Positions 34,087-42,221 of a stretch of 45,862 bases of DNA are shown piece after piece. Position numbers and translations under genes: made by a program. Source of the DNA: a bacterium (lineage in GTDB: Bacteria > Patescibacteriota > Patescibacteriia > JAZDEU01). A model generated the notes under the pieces. That model searched no databases, was not told the origin of the DNA, and saw only the letters and a list, made by a program, of their open reading frames with translations. The DNA is taken from assembly GCA_043808545.1 (NCBI GenBank), contig JAZDEU010000020.1, positions 1 through 45,862 on the forward strand, in the 5' to 3' direction. Every line of letters starts with the position of its first letter. Within the stretch, counting starts at the first letter, position 1.

Positions 34087-34625
34087 TTTTAAATCCCTCC
34101 GCCCAGTCCTATTCGCATAAGAGGGGCTGTCTTTTTGAAAATTTTTTAAAAAAAAATTAAAATTCCCTTAAGTCCTCTTTTAAAAAAAGAGGGAAATACT
34201 TATTAAGAAAATTTTTCGGCCTCCCCCCTTTCCTCGTTGGAAAGTTTTTTATGGTTTATCTTCTGATACTAATTTCTTTGTTTTAAAAATATCACCCTAA
34301 TTAGATAGGGAGAACAAAGAAAATAGCATATTTTTCAAGGTACTTAATAAAATAGCATATCACATATTTAATATTTTGTCAAGCATTTTAGTATGTTTTT
34401 GGCTAAAATAAGAGAAAAATAAGAGCTGAAAAAGTGATAGTTATGCTCTATTTAACATTTAGTAAAAAAAAATTAAAATATGGTAGAATTTAAGCGAGTG
34501 AAGAAAGAGGATTATGTTTAAGAACGAAACAAACCATAGGATTATTCGGTTGAATGTCTGTGTTGCCGCAGTTGTTGCCAGTATAGAATCTGTGTGATAA
34601 GCTTAATTTAGTAAGATTTTAAAAT

Positions 34626-36527
34626 ATGCGTGAAAAAATTATAAAAATAATAAAATCACCATTGCTATATCTTACGCTAATCGCGGCGGTTTTTTTTGTC
34701 GCATATTCCGCTCCAAGATTTAATACAACAATTATAAATTCTTCTCCTGATGAAAACGCTAATTACTATTTTTCACGCCTTGTCGCGGAAGAAAGTACTT
34801 TGAAAAAGTATGAGCCTTTGAATGAAAATATTGATGCGATAGTTCACCCGCGAAGCGTAAATGTTAATAGAGATAATTATTTAGTCCCCGGAAGCTTTTT
34901 AGGATTGCCTATTATTTATGGAATAATAGGCAAAATATTTACTCCAAATATAATAATTTTTTTGACTCCATTTTTCGCGGTAATCGCAAGTTTATTTTTC
35001 TATGGAATAATGAAAAATATTTTTTCACGCGAGGAGGCGTTTATAGCATCTATTTTAATGCTTGCTAACCCTGTTTTATGGTACTATTCAACTAGAAGTA
35101 TGTTTCATAATGTTCTTTTTTTGAGTTTACTTATAATTGGAACTTTTTTCTTAATTAATGCTGGATTATCAAGAGATGCGGGAGCATTAAATAGCAGTGA
35201 ACAGCAAAAAGATAAATTTCAAATTTCAAGCTTCAAATTTCAAAATAATATCAAATATCAAATATCAAATTTTAAAAAATATATATTTTTGTTTTTAGCT
35301 GGATTTTTTCTTGGGTTAGCGCTTATTACGAGAACTGCGGAGGCGCCGTGGGTAATATTAGTGTTATTGATATTATTAGTCATATATTGGAAAAAAATAA
35401 AAATTTTTGAAATTTTTATTGTAGTTGTAGCGATTATTTTAGTGAGTTTGCCTATATTATATTGCAACCAAATATTATACGGCAGTCCATTTTTAACGGG
35501 ATATTCTAATTTAAGAAAAAATGATTTAGCCGCAACCGAAGTTAATGACAGTAATGTAAATTCAGAAGATAAAAGCGATAAATGCTTAATAAATAATCTT
35601 AATGGCGGTGGTAATTTGGAGTTGTCGTGCGGCGCGAGCAATGTTTCTGTTCCTGCGGAGAATGCGCAAAATAATGATTTATATAATAAGATAAAAAAAT
35701 TAGTAAAAAATAATATTCCTGCCAATTTTGTATTGCATTTTAACATAAAAACAGTAGTTCTAAATTTTAAGAATTATTTTATTGATTTCTTTAAGCCATT
35801 AAGCTATTTATCTTTCGCAGGTATTATTTTCTTGATAATTTGGCTGGTTTTTTATAAAATAAAGAAAGGAGAAGATGACGAGAAAAGATTAAAAAGCAAG
35901 CTAGCGTATTTAATTATTTTTTGCATAGTTTCCGCCTATCTTATTATCTATTACGGAAGTTGGATTTTTTACGATACGCCCGATAAAACTTTGATTACTA
36001 TAGGTACATCTTATACAAGATATTGGCTCCCAGTATATATAATGAGCTTGCCATTTATTTCTTTCTTGATCGTAAAAATTTCAAAAATTTTTAAATTTTC
36101 TTTTCCGAAATTTATATTTATTTTTTTATGCGCGAGCGTAATTGTTTCATATTGCGGATGGCGGGTTTTATATGCGCCATACGAGGGTATAATTGAGCAA
36201 TTTAAGAATATGGGGGAATACCCGTATAAGAAAGAATTGGTTTTAAAGCTCACAGAGGAAGATGCGGTTATCGTTAATCAATATTATGATAAATTATTTT
36301 TTCCGCAAAGAAAAGTAGTAGCCAGCAAGATGCATGATGATGAAAATGTTATACTGGCTTTAGCGTCTATCGTTGATCGCGCGAGTGTTTATTATTATGC
36401 TTTTAACTTAAAGCAGGAAGATATTGATTATATAAACAGGGTTAAATTAGCTGATTACGGGCTTATGCTAACTGATGGGAATATAATTTTTAAGGATGAG
36501 GAATTATGGAGGGTAATTAGAAAATAA
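34626..36527 (+). CDS. polytopic membrane protein, GT-C fold glycosyltransferase-like (family 39 / ArnT-PMT-like)
   Basis: More than 10 predicted TM helices. The first extracytoplasmic loop carries an acidic motif (SSPDENANYYFS). 633 aa, with low-complexity inserts. Confidence 0.45.
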   Translation: MREKIIKIIKSPLLYLTLIAAVFFVAYSAPRFNTTIINSSPDENANYYFSRLVAEESTLKKYEPLNENIDAIVHPRSVNVNRDNYLVPGSFLGLPIIYGIIGKIFTPNIIIFLTPFFAVIASLFFYGIMKNIFSREEAFIASILMLANPVLWYYSTRSMFHNVLFLSLLIIGTFFLINAGLSRDAGALNSSEQQKDKFQISSFKFQNNIKYQISNFKKYIFLFLAGFFLGLALITRTAEAPWVILVLLILLVIYWKKIKIFEIFIVVVAIILVSLPILYCNQILYGSPFLTGYSNLRKNDLAATEVNDSNVNSEDKSDKCLINNLNGGGNLELSCGASNVSVPAENAQNNDLYNKIKKLVKNNIPANFVLHFNIKTVVLNFKNYFIDFFKPLSYLSFAGIIFLIIWLVFYKIKKGEDDEKRLKSKLAYLIIFCIVSAYLIIYYGSWIFYDTPDKTLITIGTSYTRYWLPVYIMSLPFISFLIVKISKIFKFSFPKFIFIFLCASVIVSYCGWRVLYAPYEGIIEQFKNMGEYPYKKELVLKLTEEDAVIVNQYYDKLFFPQRKVVASKMHDDENVILALASIVDRASVYYYAFNLKQEDIDYINRVKLADYGLMLTDGNIIFKDEELWRVIRK

Positions 36528-36601
36528 TTAGTAATTGTTTTTCCATGCTTGATGTGTCATTTGCGAATGACAGATTAAAAGTGGAATGACAAAAAAATAA
36601 T

Positions 36602-37405
36602 ATGAATAAAAATAAATTGATAATTTTTGAGAGCAGACAAATTCGCAGGACTTGGCATAATGAAAAATGGTTTTTTTCCGTGGTTGATGTTGTCGGAGTT
36701 TTAACGGAATCTGTAAATCCTACGGATTATCTTAAAAAAATTCGGAGAAGAGATAAAGAACTAGGTATCTACATAGGGACAAATTGTCCCCACATAGAAA
36801 TGACCACAGAAGCGGGGAAAAACAGAAAAACTCTCGCGGGAAATCCTGAAAATATTTTTAGAATTATCCAGTCTATCCCATCGTCCAAAGCAGAACCATT
36901 TAAAAGATGGTTGGCAAAAGTTGGTTACGAGAGAGTGCAGGAAATTGAAAATCCAGAATTAGCGCAAGAAAGAATGAAGGAAATTTATGAACAAAAAGGT
37001 TATTCAAAAAATTGGATTGATAAAAGGTTAAGAGGTATTGCGATTAGGCAGAATTTAACAGATGAATGGAAAGAACGAGGAATTGAAAATAAAAATGATT
37101 TTGCTATTTTAACAGCAGAAATTTCAAAAGCGACTTTTGGTATAACTCCGTCAGAATATAAAGAATTAAAAGGTCTGAATAGTAAAAATCAGAATTTATG
37201 GGATCATATGACGGATTTCGAATTAATTTTTAATATGCTTGGCGAAAAAGTAACAACGGAAATTTCTCAGAAAGAAAAACCGGATACTTTTACTAAAAAT
37301 AAAGAAGTTGCAAGAAGGGGCGGAGGAGTTGCTGGCAAGGCGAGGGAAGAAACAGAAAAAGAAATAGAACTCATTGCGACTTACCACAAAAGTATCTTAG
37401 GTTAA
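36602..37405 (+). CDS. Bro-N domain protein (phage antirepressor-like); 3' end replaced by the IS insertion
   Basis: IFESRQIRRTWHNEKWFFSVVDVVGVL and SIPSSKAEPFKRWLAKVGYERV motifs. The last 13 codons (ELIATYHKSILG*) are read from the IS left end. Confidence 0.55.
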   Translation: MNKNKLIIFESRQIRRTWHNEKWFFSVVDVVGVLTESVNPTDYLKKIRRRDKELGIYIGTNCPHIEMTTEAGKNRKTLAGNPENIFRIIQSIPSSKAEPFKRWLAKVGYERVQEIENPELAQERMKEIYEQKGYSKNWIDKRLRGIAIRQNLTDEWKERGIENKNDFAILTAEISKATFGITPSEYKELKGLNSKNQNLWDHMTDFELIFNMLGEKVTTEISQKEKPDTFTKNKEVARRGGGVAGKAREETEKEIELIATYHKSILG

Positions 37406-38312
37406 TTAAAGTATATGCTAAAAGCTTTTTTCCCTTATAATTACTGGACTTTCGGTCATATCTGATAACAAGAGAACGATATGCATCTTCCCATCCAAAT
37501 GTTCTTTCTATAGAAAAACGTTTCAGATAAATTTTTTTATTAAAGTATCGCGGTCTTCCTTTTTTCTTTTTATCTTTCTTTCTATTTCTTGGATTCTCTG
37601 GAATGTTGGGCTTCATACCGATATTCCAGATAATCTTGCGATTAGCTTTAGAATCAAATCCCATATCCAAATTAAAGACCTTGCCTTTTATATCAAGATT
37701 TATCGCTTTGACTATTTTTTGAAAATCCGCAATACTGCACTTTAATAAAGAAATGTCATTTAAGTTTACTTCTATGCATTCAACTGGGGAAATAATATTG
37801 CCGATACTGTCTGTAAGCCCGATAATTTTTTGACCTTTCTGATGTTTATGCCCTGAATAACCTATTTTATCGCCCCTTTTTTAGCCACGCTATTGTTGCC
37901 GTCGCCATGAATGCATTTGAATTTTAATTTGTTTTTGTCTTTTAAATAACGGACGCTTTCAATAAATATCTTTTCGAAACTCCCATCATTTGACCAACGA
38001 TTGAACCACTTCCAAACATTAACATGATGAATTTCTTTTTTGCCAGATTCATTTAGTTTGATTGGAATTTTTTCCCACTGGCATCCTGTGTCCAACTGAT
38101 AAAGGATGTAACTAAAAATTGAATGCAATTTTTCCGATGTTGGAATAATTCCCCGCTTTGGCAGAGATAGGTAGGGCAAAAAGAATTTTTCAAACTCTCT
38201 AAAAGTTAATTTTTTAGGAAGTTTGTTGAATTTTTTATTATGTGATTTTTTCATAGGTATTTTAGCTTACCTATGCATTATATCATTATTTATACTAAGT
38301 CGCAATGAGTTC
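37367..38312 (-). mobile_element. IS5-family insertion sequence (IS427-group-like), 946 bp, apparently intact
   Basis: 17-bp perfect terminal inverted repeats GAACTCATTGCGACTTA (37367-37383 / 38296-38312). 3-bp direct repeat ATA (37364-37366 / 38313-38315). Two-ORF transposase. Confidence 0.85.
37371..38254 (-). CDS. IS5-family DDE transposase, orfA-orfB joined by a -1 frameshift at A6G (minus-strand A-run = 37877-37882)
   Basis: orfA has ...YQLDTGCQWEKIP...WFNRW (DUF4096-like). The -1 frame continues GDKIGYSGHKHQKGQKIIGLTDS...FNLDMGFDS...SIERTFGW..IRYDRK with no stop. Confidence 0.75.
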
Positions 38313-38495
38313 ATAATATAAATAATGACGAATTTGGTTCAAAAACAAAGATATATCATTTGCCTATGGATCAACAATATGATAGAACAGTAATTGGGAA
38401 TCGTACAGGCGAATTTTATGCTTTCACGATAAAAGAAGCAGAAAACGCGGGGTTCAGAAGAGCGTTTAAACATAGGTATTAAAAAATAGGTATTT

Positions 38496-39935
38496 ATGAA
38501 CTACGATAAAATTCATAAAACAATAAGATGGTTGTTGGCAGGAACTGTTATTTTAGCCTTTCTTTTTCTAGTGAACGAAAAACTTGTTCTCTGGGGAAAT
38601 TTTGAAGTTGAATATAATTTTTCTAAAAAATTTCATCCATTTATTTCTTGTTTGCGTCCTGATGACAGGGTTGGAGAAAAATCCGATGGGACGGATGGAT
38701 TTTTTTACTATCATATAGAAGGGGAGCCGGTTTATTTTGATATTGAAGCGCCAAGTAATTTTAATAAAGTTAATTTAGAATTAGAATATAAAATCCCGTC
38801 TTCCAATGAAAATTTTAGTGATTTTAAGGCTGGAGTTCTTGTTGATAAAGCGATGTGGCAATATAAGTTAGAGCCGCTTGAAAATAGAAAATTAGATAAT
38901 CTTTCAAATGATTGGCATAGCATAAAAGAAGGGGATACTATCTTTTTACAAGGTATTAGAAAATATAATTCCATAGATGAATTTTTAAATAATCTCCCGC
39001 CAGTTAACGAATACGCGGTTTATAATTATAATTTAGATAATTATAATAATCTTTCATTTACTGGATATGAAAAAAATAATGAGTATAGAGAATTAGGTTT
39101 TTCCTTGCAAGGACGCCACCAGTTTTATACTTATATTGATAATGAACCGCTAGATTTTATATTTGATTTTTCTTTAAACGAGTCAAAAGATAAGGAAAAA
39201 ACATTAACAAATAAGGCGGAAATTAATGTATATTATAGAAATGAATTAGTGAGAAGGGAAGAAATAATTAAGGATGGAAATTTTTTAAATGAAATAAAAA
39301 TTTTAGAAAATGGTTTGCAAAAGGGAGTTTATAAGATAGAAATAGTTATTCCAGATGAGATAATAATAACAAAAATTAAAACAAAACAAAATTTTTTAAC
39401 ATTCATAAACAAAATTTATTTAGCGAATCTTGCTGGGAATTATAATAATGTTTCTTTATATACGAATAGTCCGTCTTTAAAAATATCCGCAAGCGAAGGA
39501 GATTCTTTACAGAATATAAAAATAGCAGACAAAGTTTATAAAATAAATGAGTTATATAAGGAATTTAACTTGAATGGATTTAGCTGTGTTGATTATAAAT
39601 ATTTAGGGCAAAGCAATTGTCTTTCTCGCGCGCAATTAGAAAAAGACAATTTGTTAGCGCAAGGCGCTGGTTTATTTTCTTTTTCGCAAGATGAATTTTT
39701 AGATCCGGAAATAAAATCATTAGATAAGATAGAAAATTTTAGCAATCTTTATTATGTTATTGCTAGCTATAGTTCGCCTGAAAAATTAGAGGCAGGATGG
39801 TTTAGAAATAATGTTTCTTTTAATATTTCTTCTGTGATAAGAGATAAAAGAAAATATAATTTTATTTTATCGGCGAAGGGAATAAATTCTAAATATCCTA
39901 TATACATAAGAAAAATAAAAGCTGTTTTTGAATAA
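38496..39935 (+). CDS. hypothetical N-terminally anchored extracytoplasmic protein
   Basis: ORF track. One N-terminal TM helix (WLLAGTVILAFLFLV). Asn/Tyr-rich, no motif recognised. Confidence 0.4.
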   Translation: MNYDKIHKTIRWLLAGTVILAFLFLVNEKLVLWGNFEVEYNFSKKFHPFISCLRPDDRVGEKSDGTDGFFYYHIEGEPVYFDIEAPSNFNKVNLELEYKIPSSNENFSDFKAGVLVDKAMWQYKLEPLENRKLDNLSNDWHSIKEGDTIFLQGIRKYNSIDEFLNNLPPVNEYAVYNYNLDNYNNLSFTGYEKNNEYRELGFSLQGRHQFYTYIDNEPLDFIFDFSLNESKDKEKTLTNKAEINVYYRNELVRREEIIKDGNFLNEIKILENGLQKGVYKIEIVIPDEIIITKIKTKQNFLTFINKIYLANLAGNYNNVSLYTNSPSLKISASEGDSLQNIKIADKVYKINELYKEFNLNGFSCVDYKYLGQSNCLSRAQLEKDNLLAQGAGLFSFSQDEFLDPEIKSLDKIENFSNLYYVIASYSSPEKLEAGWFRNNVSFNISSVIRDKRKYNFILSAKGINSKYPIYIRKIKAVFE

Positions 39936-39962
39936 CAATAATACAAATTTACAAATGGTATC

Positions 39963-39980
39963 CCTGCCTGCGCAGGCAGG
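39963..39980. repeat. 18-bp perfect GC-rich palindrome CCTGCCTGCGCAGGCAGG
   Basis: Read directly, 28 nt after the stop of the preceding gene. No T-run follows. Confidence 0.8.
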
Positions 39981-40046
39981 CGAATGATACGAAAAATCCG
40001 AATTATAATCCGAATAATTCGGATGAATTCGCAATTCGGAGCATTA

Positions 40047-40074
40047 GGATATAATTTGTAGATTCGGATTATAT
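40047..40074 (+). promoter_or_regulatory. 28-nt start-proximal element GGATATAATTTGTAGATTCGGATTATAT (copy 2)
   Basis: 26/28 identical to 25576-25603. It contains TATAAT and lies 14 nt upstream of a 58-codon ORF. Confidence 0.5.
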
Positions 40075-40088
40075 GCGGAGTTTAATTT

Positions 40089-40265
40089 ATGAAATTATTA
40101 CTAAAAAATATAATTGAAGATATATTTTACATCTCATCAATTTTTTTGATTATTCTTTGTTTTTGCGAGTTAATAAGCCCTAAATTCGCGACTCCTTATG
40201 TCAATCTTGATTTATTATTGATAATAAGCGTAATTAGTGGTATATTTATATTAGTTACTGCGTGA
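40089..40265 (+). CDS. possible 58-aa two-TM membrane mini-protein (not in the ORF track)
   Basis: Hand translation: MKLLLKNIIEDIFYISSIFLIILCFCELISPKFATPYVNLDLLLIISVISGIFILVTA*. It is preceded by the conserved 28-nt element. Confidence 0.3.
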   Translation: MKLLLKNIIEDIFYISSIFLIILCFCELISPKFATPYVNLDLLLIISVISGIFILVTA

Positions 40266-40326
40266 AAGTTTAGTTTAAAAGTTTTTTTACTTTTAACTTT
40301 AGATTTTAGACTTTTAACTTTTTTCT

Positions 40327-40752
40327 ATGAGTGAATGTATTTTTTGTAAAATTGTCAGAGGGGACATTCCTTCTTATAAAATTTATGAGGATGATAAAGT
40401 TTCCGCTTTTTTAGACATTATGCCTGCGAATAAAGGGCATGTTTTAGTCGTCCCTCGCGATCATTATGAAAATATGCTTGATGCTCCTGAAGAGGTTTTA
40501 TGTAATATTATGGCTGTTATTAAAAAGATTGTTCCGTCAATTCTTAAAAGCGTTAATGCTGAAGGGTTTAATTTAGGTCTTAATAATGGAGAAATAGCAG
40601 GGCAGGCTGTCTCGCATCTCCATTTTCATATAATGCCGAGATTTTCTAACGATGGACATCGCCTTTTTGAGCCTGGCGCTTATAATTCTGGAGAAGCTGA
40701 AGAAATACAGGAGGCTATAAAAACGAATCTTAAAGAAATGAAGAAAAAATAA
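40327..40752 (+). CDS. HIT-family (histidine triad) nucleotide hydrolase/transferase
   Basis: CIFCKI...; HLHFHIMPR histidine triad. Confidence 0.85.
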   Translation: MSECIFCKIVRGDIPSYKIYEDDKVSAFLDIMPANKGHVLVVPRDHYENMLDAPEEVLCNIMAVIKKIVPSILKSVNAEGFNLGLNNGEIAGQAVSHLHFHIMPRFSNDGHRLFEPGAYNSGEAEEIQEAIKTNLKEMKKK

Positions 40753-40760
40753 TAATTTCT

Positions 40761-41048
40761 ATGTCAGAGAAATTTAAAAAATGCAAAGAGGATTTTGTAT
40801 GTTTGAAATGCGGCAGAAAAGTGAAAGGCAATGGTTATACTAACCATTGTCCGAATTGCCTTTATAGTTTGCATGTTGATATAAATCCTGGCGATAGATT
40901 ATCAAAATGCGGCGGTTTAATGGAGCCTGTAAAAGTTGAAAGCATTGGCAAAGAATTTATTATTACGCAGAGATGCAAAAAATGCGGATATGAGAAACGG
41001 AATAAAACATCTCTTGATGATAATTTAGACGCGGCGCTGAGGAAGTAA
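40761..41048 (+). CDS. RNHCP-domain zinc-ribbon protein
   Basis: CLKCG...GYTNHCPNCLYSLHVD...CGG...CKKCG. Confidence 0.65.
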   Translation: MSEKFKKCKEDFVCLKCGRKVKGNGYTNHCPNCLYSLHVDINPGDRLSKCGGLMEPVKVESIGKEFIITQRCKKCGYEKRNKTSLDDNLDAALRK

Positions 41049-41060
41049 AATTTAATTACT

Positions 41061-41504
41061 ATGACATTAGCTAAAAAAAATATTTTTTTATTAGCAGTGG
41101 CTATTATAATAGTTATTTTTTTTATTGTTAAGAACGTTGTTGTTTCTAGAGAAAAATTTATTATAATAAATAACAAAGAAATAAAGGCGGAAATTGCGGA
41201 TACTCCCGAATTAAAATATAAAGGGCTTAGCAATAGGGATTATTTATGCGAATATTGCGGGATGCTTTTTCTTTTTAATGATATGGGCGAACGGATTTTT
41301 GTTATGCGGGAGATGAAATTTAATTTAGATATTATTTGGATAGAAGATGATAAAATAGTAAAGATTGATAAAGATTTGCATAAAGAAGGGATAAATCCTA
41401 AAGAAATATATAGTTCTGGACAAGCGGTTGATAAAGTCCTAGAAGTAAATGCTAATTTTTGTGATAAAAATAATATAAAATTTGGGGATAATATTATTTT
41501 TTAG
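41061..41504 (+). CDS. DUF192-domain protein
   Basis: N-terminal TM helix; EIADTPELKYKGLSNR...GMLFLF...FVMREMKFNLDIIWI. Confidence 0.6.
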   Translation: MTLAKKNIFLLAVAIIIVIFFIVKNVVVSREKFIIINNKEIKAEIADTPELKYKGLSNRDYLCEYCGMLFLFNDMGERIFVMREMKFNLDIIWIEDDKIVKIDKDLHKEGINPKEIYSSGQAVDKVLEVNANFCDKNNIKFGDNIIF

Positions 41505-42028
41505 ATTTTATATAAATAAATTGCCAAGTCTTTTTTATAAGGCTTGTCTTTTTTTATAAGTGTTAATCCTTCTATTGAGAAAACATAGGATATAATCCGC
41601 GTTCCCTTTTTACATTCTTTTTTGAGTTTTTCTTTTAGTCTGGAATTTATATTTTTCGGCATGCCAAAAAAGTAAATTACATCGGCTTGCGATAAATTTT
41701 CTTTAAATAAATTTTTCAATTTGAATTTTAAGTTTTTGTTTTTAGCTAGAAATTGTTTAATTTTGCATATTAAAAAAAGAATAAATGAAATTTCCACTCC
41801 TATCGCCTTTGCTTGAAAGTTTTGCGCGGCATAAATTACGGTTTTTCCAGTTCCGCATCCAAGATCATAAAATGTTTCTCCCGTTTTTAAATCTGCTAAC
41901 GCGAATATCCTTTTTAAGTCTTTTTTCCAGCACGGCACCCACGGCGCAAAAGATTTAGCTGTTATCGCTGTTGTTAGCGCCCAAAGCAATACTGCAAGTA
42001 ATATTAGCGGGAGAATAATATAAAACAT
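41501..42028 (-). CDS. class I SAM-dependent methyltransferase with an N-terminal TM helix
   Basis: Motif I FYDLGCGTGK. Its stop shares the tetranucleotide TTAG (41501-41504) with the convergent DUF192 gene. Confidence 0.65.
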   Translation of the reverse strand: MFYIILPLILLAVLLWALTTAITAKSFAPWVPCWKKDLKRIFALADLKTGETFYDLGCGTGKTVIYAAQNFQAKAIGVEISFILFLICKIKQFLAKNKNLKFKLKNLFKENLSQADVIYFFGMPKNINSRLKEKLKKECKKGTRIISYVFSIEGLTLIKKDKPYKKDLAIYLYKI

Positions 42029-42221
42029 ATAATTAAATTATAGCATAAATAAAAATAAACATATATAAATTATATGTTTATTTTTTGCAATAAGTAAAAT
42101 TTTTATAGCTCAATTAGAATCCGCTTAAATTTCCTTCGGGAATTTTAGAAAGATTTTCATCTGTAATTCCCAAAGATAATTTTTTCCTTGCTTTGCTTGA
42201 GAAGTAGATAGAGCGCTTTTT

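Noticed and set aside
33296-34120. Two plus-strand ORFs (76 aa and 158 aa) antisense to the high-GC lipoprotein gene
   Set aside because: They are Ala/Ser/Arg/Pro-rich translations typical of the stop-poor antisense strand of high-GC DNA. They have no start context and fully overlap a gene with clear lipobox and OmpA_C motifs.
38314-38495. Open frame ...SKTKIYHLPMDQQYDRTVIGNRTGEFYAFTIKEAENAGFRRAFKHRY* just right of the IS, reminiscent of small 'sunset'/Ada-like Zn-ribbon tails
   Set aside because: There is no start codon except an internal Met. The Cys ligands expected for that fold are absent. It may be a decayed fragment, but the evidence is too weak.
1835-41233. Many 60-160-aa antisense or overlapping ORFs in the track (e.g. 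1835-2155, 4000-4293, 5208-5435, 11148-11426, 25688-26038, 30432-30791, 35258-35746, 40862-41233)
   Set aside because: Each lies inside a longer ORF with recognisable motifs on the other strand or frame. Their products are low-complexity Leu/Phe/Ser/Ile-rich sequences expected from AT-rich antisense DNA.
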